Part shown: positions 8,021 through 14,190 of the stretch, in pieces
Numbering within the stretch: the first letter of the stretch is position 1
Layout: every line of letters begins with the position of its first letter
Notes under the pieces: model-generated
Told to the model about the DNA's origin: nothing
The model's input: the letters and a program-made list of their open reading frames with translations, nothing else
Database searches by the model: none
Source: Candidatus Hermodarchaeota archaeon
GTDB lineage: Archaea; Asgardarchaeota; Heimdallarchaeia; Hodarchaeales; Hodarchaeaceae
DNA length: 14,190 nt
Direction of reading: 5' to 3'
Assembly (NCBI GenBank): GCA_048886185.1
Contig: JBHLKY010000044.1
Location: 1 to 14,190, forward strand
Made by a program: the position numbers and the translations under genes

Positions 8021-8158
8021 ATGCCTTCCAATCCTAAAAACTCATCAAACAGTTCTGATAAACATAAATCTCCTAATTCCGACCATTTGCACCCTTTAGA
8101 ACGTAAATACGGGAAAGAACCGAAGATTAAAATGGAAAATTTATGGTATTGGCACTAA
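8021..8158 (+). CDS. 45-aa small protein of unknown function
   Basis: MPSNPKNSSNSSDKHKSPNSDHLHPLERKYGKEPKIKMENLWYWH*. Archaeal-type SD GGTGA at 8010-8014, 6 nt before the ATG. Confidence 0.5.
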   Translation: MPSNPKNSSNSSDKHKSPNSDHLHPLERKYGKEPKIKMENLWYWH

Positions 8159-8222
8159 TCCTGCAAATATGAATCCTTAATCTATCTTCTAGAAATTTAG
8201 AAGTGGAATAATTGACCATAAG

Positions 8223-8537
8223 ATGGTGAACATCTTTTCTTTAGGATGTCATTTTTTGGTACAACCAGAAGATAATTCATATATTTATTGTCTAATGTTG
8301 AAAATCTGGAATGAACCATTTCCTCCACAATATCAATATACAGAACCTGGTAGTCTTGAAGAGGTTGAGATCTAGCGATATTCTTCTGATTATAACCAAT
8401 TCACGAAATATAGCAATCTAAGTGGTGAGGCAGAGTATTGGTATAAATTCAATTTCACGAATAATCCTCCTTGTCATAATGGAAATGCCACGCCATGTTT
8501 TTGGGCACATTATTTATGTTGGAAATTACTTATTTAG
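8223..8537 (+). pseudogene. Possible gene remnant: 104-codon frame broken by one TAG
   Basis: ATG at 8223 to TAG at 8373-8375, then 53 more open codons in frame to TAG at 8535-8537. Tyr/Asn/Trp/Pro-rich and protein-like, but no family recognised. Confidence 0.3.
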
Positions 8538-8550
8538 CCATTTGATAATC

Positions 8551-9441
8551 TCACTCATCCCACTCATACTCATCCTCAAGGTCGTGAAATTCAATATCAA
8601 TAGTACTCACTGGAGCTCCTTTCTTCTTCGGATAGGGTATGAAAAAAATGTCTGACCGCTGTATCTTCCCACGGAGAGCGAAGAGCGCTATCGCGAATAA
8701 TCCCCAGAGGTACAGGATGAATGCGACTGTTCCGACCAAAATAGCTATGAAAAAATCTGTAGTACGCCAGAATGTGTCGAGAGTGAACACAATCAGTACG
8801 ATCACAGCATTGAAAATATAGATCGGACGGATATTCAAATTTAGGATGATTGTGTTAAGGATAAAGAGCCAATCATTTAGAGTGGGCATCATGACGCCAA
8901 AAATGCCCATAAAGAAGTAAAAGTGAATAGCTGCGCCCGCCACTGTTGTCAAAACCTGTGTGAGGGGGGTAACCAACGCCAAGGGGGAAATTACTAGATA
9001 CCCGATCAATAATACCCATCCAAACCGGTTGGGGGCCATAGCAACCTTTTGAGCATATCCAATACGGTTGAAGGAGGTGATTAACATTGAATTCTCATCA
9101 TTGCGACTAAGACCTGTGGCAAAGCTTGAACGAAGGATGTATTGGTCATGAATATCGTCATAATCGTCCTCTTCCTCATTTTTCTTCTGATCAAGGATCT
9201 GAACAAGTTCTTTGGCACTATAGACATGAAGATAGACATGAAGGAAACGAAAGGGAAACCAAAGGGCGTTGATGAGGGATTTGATGAATGGCAAGAAGTG
9301 CATGACTAACTGAAGTAGGAAGTACATAAACAGCTGCCGTACAAAAAACGCGAGTATGTCGCTCGGATCAAGGACTTCCTGGGAATACCACTGGAAAAAT
9401 CCAATTAATCCTAATGCAATGAGGTCTAATGGTGTGGTTAT
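8551..9441 (-). CDS. Polytopic membrane protein, M50/site-2-protease-like with a degenerate HExxH motif (HVYLH); probable start ATA at 9441 (ORF track uses ATG at 9327)
   Basis: The frame is open upstream of 9327 as far as 9483. GGAGG at 9453-9449 sits 7 nt before ATA at 9441. Motifs FPFRFLHVYLHVYSA, MAP and MMPTLND; acidic loop and acidic C-tail. Confidence 0.7.
   Translation of the reverse strand: MTTPLDLIALGLIGFFQWYSQEVLDPSDILAFFVRQLFMYFLLQLVMHFLPFIKSLINALWFPFRFLHVYLHVYSAKELVQILDQKKNEEEDDYDDIHDQYILRSSFATGLSRNDENSMLITSFNRIGYAQKVAMAPNRFGWVLLIGYLVISPLALVTPLTQVLTTVAGAAIHFYFFMGIFGVMMPTLNDWLFILNTIILNLNIRPIYIFNAVIVLIVFTLDTFWRTTDFFIAILVGTVAFILYLWGLFAIALFALRGKIQRSDIFFIPYPKKKGAPVSTIDIEFHDLEDEYEWDE
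9220..9243. repeat. Exact 12-nt tandem repeat encoding LHVY-LHVY
   Basis: ATAGACATGAAG x2 on the + strand. Confidence 0.9.
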
Positions 9442-9728
9442 GAGTCTCCCTCCCCAAAGTGGGTGAAAGGTAAGAATAAACGGTTATGAATCAAACACTC
9501 TTTCTCGAGGGTTACACGTACGAGAAATAAATTGGTCTTCAGATCCGTCAGGCGATGAAGGATCGATTTGATGGCAGAGAGGAATAAAGGGTTCCAAATT
9601 CCTTGTGTGAGATTAGAAAGGAGAGGGAGAATCTCATGGAGGCTTGTTTTCAGTTTAACGACTTGTCCTAATTTGGAAAATTCCTGTTCAACCTTAATAG
9701 TGTTTTGGACATATTTTTTGATTATCAT
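9438..9728 (-). CDS. Hypothetical protein, 96 aa
   Basis: Its TAA stop overlaps the proposed ATA start of the next gene (ATAA, same geometry as ATGA coupling). TATA-like AATATAAA at 9767-9760. No family recognised. Confidence 0.55.
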   Translation of the reverse strand: MIIKKYVQNTIKVEQEFSKLGQVVKLKTSLHEILPLLSNLTQGIWNPLFLSAIKSILHRLTDLKTNLFLVRVTLEKECLIHNRLFLPFTHFGEGDS

Positions 9729-10167
9729 ATCTTCTCAGAAGATTATTCGATTTGAGACTTTTATATTAGAAAATTATTACTATTCTTTTAAAAAGAACGG
9801 AGTGAGAGTTTTTTGTGTTCCTTAGTTATCCTTCACAGACTCAGTAGCTCCTACTGAAATATCTGAACATATCAAATCCATACACATATCCTCAACAGAA
9901 ACTACAGGAAAACTTTTGATTAGCGCTGATTTAAGAATTGGTGGATTGGAGATCATTTCATTACTGATTCTTGTCCTTGTTTTAGGTTTAAAACATCAGA
10001 TTAAGGGGAATACCAATTTAAATTGAAAGTATCTAATTTAGACTAATATCCCTCTCTGCGAATGAAAGGTAATATCAATATTTGTTGCATTAAAAATTTT
10101 ATACTCCTTTTTGCTAAAAAGAGGTTGAATTGATATTTCTGATCTATTTCCTTTCTCATTGAATAAA

Positions 10168-11349
10168 TTATCGTTCAATAATCATTGTGAGAGCTTCTCC
10201 ACCACCAAGGCATATTGTTGCGAGGCCACGGTTTCCATTTCGTCTTATTAATTCATGGGTTAAGGTAACTAATATTCGTGAACCTGAACATCCCAATGGA
10301 TGGCCTAGGGCGACTGCCCCTCCGTTTACATTAAATTTATCATCAGGAATATCTAAACTATTTCGCACCGCACAACTAGCGGATGCAAATGCTTCGTTAT
10401 GCTCGATTAAATCAAAGTCTTTTATTGAAAAACCTGTTTTTTCTAGTAGTTGTTTAACACCAGTAACAGGTGCCTCCATAACCCATTCAGGTTTTGTCCC
10501 ATTTGTGCCATACGGCCCAATTTTTGCAAGTATTGGAATCCCCTGTTCTTGTGCCCGATCTTCAGACATTACCACAATGGCACTAGCACCATCTGATATC
10601 TGCGATGCGTTCCCAGCAGTAACTTTTCCATCTTTTTTAAATACAGGAGGTAATTTAGCTAGTTTCTCTAATGTAGTATCTGGTCGAATTCCTTCATCTT
10701 TAGTAACTGTAATTGTCCCTTTTCTTGGGATGGTAATTTCCACAGGGACAATTTCCTCTTTAAATTTTCCCGCCTCTGTTGCCTGATGAGCTAGTTGGTG
10801 TGATCGAAGGGCATACGCATCCATTTCCTCTCGACCAATATCAAAGCGTTCAGCTATAATATCCCCTGTATTCCCCATTGCCATATCATTATATATATCA
10901 TAAAGGCCATCGTAATACATAGCATCAACTAATTGATCATTACCAAACCGATATCCTTGTCGTCCTTTCATGAGAAGATAAGGCGCCATTGACATGTTTT
11001 CTGTTCCTCCAGCAATGATAACCTCCATATCACCTGTCTTAATCATCTGCGCAGCCCACATGACTGCAGCCATACCTGAACCACACACTTTATTGATAGT
11101 TATAGCTCCTGTTGACACTGGTAGCCCAGCATAGATGCTTGCTTGACGGGCTGTATTTTGAGCGCATCCAGCAGAAATAACTTGGCCCATCAGTACATGA
11201 TCAACGTCCTCAGGTTGAATTTGAGAACGATCAACCGCTTCCTTGATCACGACTGCTCCTAGTCGTGCCGCGGATAAATTATTAGAGAAAGCTCCTAACA
11301 TCCGACCCATAGGTGTTCTACACATACTCGTTAAAACTGGTGTCTTCAA
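10168..11349 (-). CDS. atoB: Acetyl-CoA C-acetyltransferase (thiolase, AtoB/PhaA type)
   Basis: NKVCGSG (acyl-carrier Cys), NEAFA, GHPLGCSG and ATICLGGG (second Cys). TTG start with an AAGGAG SD. Confidence 0.95.
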   Translation of the reverse strand: MKTPVLTSMCRTPMGRMLGAFSNNLSAARLGAVVIKEAVDRSQIQPEDVDHVLMGQVISAGCAQNTARQASIYAGLPVSTGAITINKVCGSGMAAVMWAAQMIKTGDMEVIIAGGTENMSMAPYLLMKGRQGYRFGNDQLVDAMYYDGLYDIYNDMAMGNTGDIIAERFDIGREEMDAYALRSHQLAHQATEAGKFKEEIVPVEITIPRKGTITVTKDEGIRPDTTLEKLAKLPPVFKKDGKVTAGNASQISDGASAIVVMSEDRAQEQGIPILAKIGPYGTNGTKPEWVMEAPVTGVKQLLEKTGFSIKDFDLIEHNEAFASASCAVRNSLDIPDDKFNVNGGAVALGHPLGCSGSRILVTLTHELIRRNGNRGLATICLGGGEALTMIIER

Positions 11350-11751
11350 TATACAGTCTCCTTCAGATGTTGAAAGGATCTAATAAACCATCATTTTTAT
11401 TCTTTAGCAAAGTTACATTTCAATGATTAAGTCAAATTTCAATGCCACGACCAAATTTCCAGTTCCTTAGAATGCCATACAAGAACCCCTTTAGTTGATT
11501 TCAAACCATTTAATGACAGTTCATCAAATTGATGATTAGATTATTTTTTTTTTCTCTGTTTTTGTATCCTTTAGCGAGTTTGAGAAAATATAAGTTTATT
11601 GTTGGCATCTTTATATCGAATCCTTTTTAAAGGGGGATGTGTGAGGTTGACGAAACTAACTTAGAGGAAAGACCATATAACCAACAGATGTTATAATGAG
11701 TTTCATCTGGGTAAAAACTGAATACTGTGTGCAGATAGGGGAAACACAATA

Positions 11752-12456
11752 ATGAAGAATAGAGGGGCATCCCGAGGAACATCAAAAGGCACGTCATTAC
11801 GACCAGATACTAAATTACGTGCTAAAATCGTTCTCATTGGCGATGGAGGTGTTGGTAAGACTGCTCTCCGCCGCGCATGGTTGGGTGAAGGATTTAAGAC
11901 AGAATACCTTATGACAATAGGTGCTGACTTTGCTTCCCAAGAAATCTCTTTATATTATTCAGAAACCAAATCGACATATGATTTAAAGTTTCAAATATGG
12001 GATCTTGCAGGTCAACCACGATTTAAGGCTGTTAGAGATCTTTACTATCGGGGTGCAATCGGGGCTTTGTGTTTTTTTGACATTACAAATCAGGAATCAT
12101 ATATGAACCTTGTAGAATGGATCCAATCATATTGGGCGTTAAATGGTCTTGGTAAAGCGCCCCTTCTCATCATTGGTGCTAAATGTGACTTACGTGATAA
12201 TCCTGCTTTTCCAAGCCAAGTTTCTGCTCGTTATGGCAAGGAATATGCCGCTGAACTAACTAAACTCTTGCAACATAAGTATGGGTTCAGTGTCCATTAT
12301 ATAGAGACATCTGCGAAGGAAAACATTAATGTAGATAAAGCATTTAAAATTCTAGCAACAGAGATTATTCGAAGTACAATCCATCAAGAAAAGCTACGGA
12401 ATGACCGTAAAACTAGTCAAAAAAATATGCTGACCGACCAGCTTCGATCTAGGTAA
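11752..12456 (+). CDS. Rab-like small GTPase (Ras superfamily; Asgard eukaryotic signature protein type)
   Basis: G1 GDGGVGKT, G2 MTIGADF, G3 WDLAGQ, G4 GAKCD (atypical), G5 ETSAK. RabF-like motifs IGADF, KFQIW, RFKAVR, YYRGA and FFDIT. No C-terminal Cys prenylation motif. Confidence 0.95.
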   Translation: MKNRGASRGTSKGTSLRPDTKLRAKIVLIGDGGVGKTALRRAWLGEGFKTEYLMTIGADFASQEISLYYSETKSTYDLKFQIWDLAGQPRFKAVRDLYYRGAIGALCFFDITNQESYMNLVEWIQSYWALNGLGKAPLLIIGAKCDLRDNPAFPSQVSARYGKEYAAELTKLLQHKYGFSVHYIETSAKENINVDKAFKILATEIIRSTIHQEKLRNDRKTSQKNMLTDQLRSR

Positions 12457-12772
12457 TTTTATCACCATTATACTCTTTCTAAAGGAATCTCTTAGTCTCT
12501 GTTAACATTTCAGTATAAGAAATGTTCTTTTTTGTTTACTCCAGTCCTCTTCCTTGATATTATAACCTTGTTTGGCTTAACAACCAATTGAGCTAACTTA
12601 TCATTTTTATGGGAACTTATCAGATTCCTCTTGTAATTATTGTATCCCCATTTTGTATTCCCATAAGAATTTTATGAGGATTATTTTGCTTTAAACCTAA
12701 TGGAAAAAGCTATCACTTTTCGATTTAAATCAATTAGCTGCTTTAGTTTTCACCAAGTTTGAGGTTCTAATT

Positions 12773-14002
12773 ATGAAACAAATTTTAAAGATTTTAAAGA
12801 CTTTTAATTTTACAAAAGAGGAATATGACCAAAATCAGATGATTTTAGATATGGTTTACGATTTAGCTATGAATGAGATCATAGAAAAGGAACAAGAATG
12901 GGATGAGGAGGGAGCTCATTTTGACCCTGCAACAAAACAAGTATCTTATCCTTCAGGAATGATGGATCTTTTTAAAAAATGCCAAGAAAATGACTTATTT
13001 GCTATCATAGTTCCTGAAGAATATGATGGGTTTGGTTTAAGTTATACTTTATGGACTGCAGTCATTGAGTTGATGGCCCGAGCGTCATTAGCTTTCTCAA
13101 TGTTCTTTCCGAGTCAAAGTCTCAGTATAGAGATCATTAATAATCATGGAACTCCTTCTGCTAAAGAAAAGTACCTTCCTCTCCTTTCCAGTGGTGACGC
13201 TATAGGGGCTATGGCTTTTTCTGAACCGAATGCAGGATCCGACATTTCAGCAGTAGCCACTAGAGCAGAATTGGAAGGAGATTCTTATTATCTTACAGGT
13301 AACAAAGTTTGGTTGTCACATGGTGGTGCCGCTGGTACTAATATCACTCTTGCTGTAACTGACAAATCAAAAGGTCCAGGAGGTTTAAGTGCATTTATCC
13401 TTGATCCTAAAATCGCAAAAGACGGGTATGAAGTAGTTCGGATTGAAGAGAAAATGGGTTTACATGGATCTATCACATCTCAGGTAGCTCTTGACCGTGC
13501 TGAAGTGCCCAAAGAGAATCTATTGGGGAATGAGAATGAGGGATTAAGGTTAGTTCTTGGAAGTTTAGCGTCGAGTCGTATTGGGATTGCTTCCCAATCA
13601 ACTGGTATTGCTGAAACCGCGCTACAAGAAAGCATCAATTACGCTAATCAACGTGTACAGTTTGGTAGACCTATAGGAAAACATCAAGCTATCTCATTTA
13701 TGCTTGCAGATATGGCTACTCAAGTTCACCAAGCTCGTTTACTTTATCTTAATACTGCTCGTATGAAGGATCTTGGAGAGAACACTCAAATAGAATCTTC
13801 AATAGCTAAATATCTCACAACGGAAATTGCTCAAAAAGTTACTTATGATGCAGTTCAAATTCACGGAGGATATGGTTATAGCAGAGAATACCGTGTAGAA
13901 CGTCTTTTCAGGGATGCCCGAGTTCTCACTATATATGAGGGTACTTCAGAGATGCAAAAGACAATAATATCTCGCGGAACCTTAAGTAGAGCCCAACAAT
14001 AA
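12773..14002 (+). CDS. Acyl-CoA dehydrogenase (short-chain/butyryl-CoA dehydrogenase-like)
   Basis: AFSEPNAGSD, LTGNKVW, EEKMGLHGS, RVQFGRPIGKHQAI, QIHGGYGYSREY and IYEGTSE (catalytic Glu). GAGGT SD. Confidence 0.95.
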   Translation: MKQILKILKTFNFTKEEYDQNQMILDMVYDLAMNEIIEKEQEWDEEGAHFDPATKQVSYPSGMMDLFKKCQENDLFAIIVPEEYDGFGLSYTLWTAVIELMARASLAFSMFFPSQSLSIEIINNHGTPSAKEKYLPLLSSGDAIGAMAFSEPNAGSDISAVATRAELEGDSYYLTGNKVWLSHGGAAGTNITLAVTDKSKGPGGLSAFILDPKIAKDGYEVVRIEEKMGLHGSITSQVALDRAEVPKENLLGNENEGLRLVLGSLASSRIGIASQSTGIAETALQESINYANQRVQFGRPIGKHQAISFMLADMATQVHQARLLYLNTARMKDLGENTQIESSIAKYLTTEIAQKVTYDAVQIHGGYGYSREYRVERLFRDARVLTIYEGTSEMQKTIISRGTLSRAQQ

Positions 14003-14020
14003 GAAAGGAAGAATGGTAGA

Positions 14021-14190
14021 ATGAATATAATTGTGTTTGTTAAAGCAACGATAGATCGAAATGCTCCCCTTTCCCCAGATACAACCTTCCCTGGGGATCG
14101 TGATGACAAAGCAGACGTTATGACGAATAATTATGATAAGCATGCCATTGAAGCCGCTCTTCAAATTGTAGAAAAGACGGGTGCTGGTAA
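14021..14190 (+). CDS. etfB: Electron transfer flavoprotein beta subunit, partial (runs off the window edge)
   Basis: Not in the ORF track in this frame. MNIIVFVKATIDRNAPLSPDTTFPGDRDDKADVMTNNYDKHAIEAALQIVEKTGAG matches the EtfB N-terminus (MNIIVxxKxxxD...NxYDxxAIEAAL). It lies 18 nt after the acyl-CoA dehydrogenase stop. Confidence 0.88.
   Translation, partial: MNIIVFVKATIDRNAPLSPDTTFPGDRDDKADVMTNNYDKHAIEAALQIVEKTGAG

Noticed and set aside
8373-9825. Genome-wide TAG recoding (pyrrolysine or Gln), suggested by in-frame TAGs at 8373 and 9823
   Set aside because: Intact genes here end at TAG at plausible C-termini (4021-4023, 4522-4524, 5428-5430), no conserved gene has an internal TAG, and no pyl genes are in the window.
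11637-11696. 19-codon ORF (MCEVDETNLEERPYNQQML) upstream of the GTPase
   Set aside because: Very short, the G-run directly abuts the ATG so it cannot act as an SD, and there is no other support.
12400-12456. Prenylation (CAAX/CC/CXC) signal on the GTPase
   Set aside because: No cysteine near the C-terminus.
14013-14024. Three-codon ORF (MVE*) overlapping the etfB start
   Set aside because: Too short to distinguish from chance.
8422-14164. Short ORF-track entries 8422-8655, 8639-8821, 9568-9825, 10187-10786, 13288-13476, 13876-14109 and 13982-14164
   Set aside because: They overlap stronger genes on the opposite strand or in another frame (membrane protein, 96-aa ORF, thiolase, acd, etfB) and show no family signal.

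Overview
AT-rich archaeal window, most likely an Asgard archaeon (Heimdallarchaeia-like). This is inferred from a Rab-like GTPase, a TFE-beta/RPC34-type Cys motif and GAGGT/GGTGA/GGAGG ribosome-binding sites. Gene order: partial cysteine hydrolase (-); L-aspartate oxidase nadB (+); an unannotated 54-aa protein carrying the RPC34/TFE-beta four-Cys motif (+); B12-binding radical SAM enzyme (+); small membrane protein with a 67-bp tandem duplication at its 5' end (+); three-gene ABC-2 exporter (-) preceded by two palindromic operator-like sites; a ~1.2-kb gap with no confidently real ORF-track gene, which holds a candidate structured RNA, a 45-aa ORF ending in LWYWH and a TAG-interrupted frame; an M50-protease-like membrane protein lacking the catalytic Glu and probably starting at ATA, with a 96-aa upstream ORF (-); thiolase (-); Rab-like GTPase with an atypical G4 motif (+); acyl-CoA dehydrogenase (+); partial etfB (+). 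No rRNA, tRNA, CRISPR array or transposase was seen. All family assignments come from motifs read by eye; no database searches were run.
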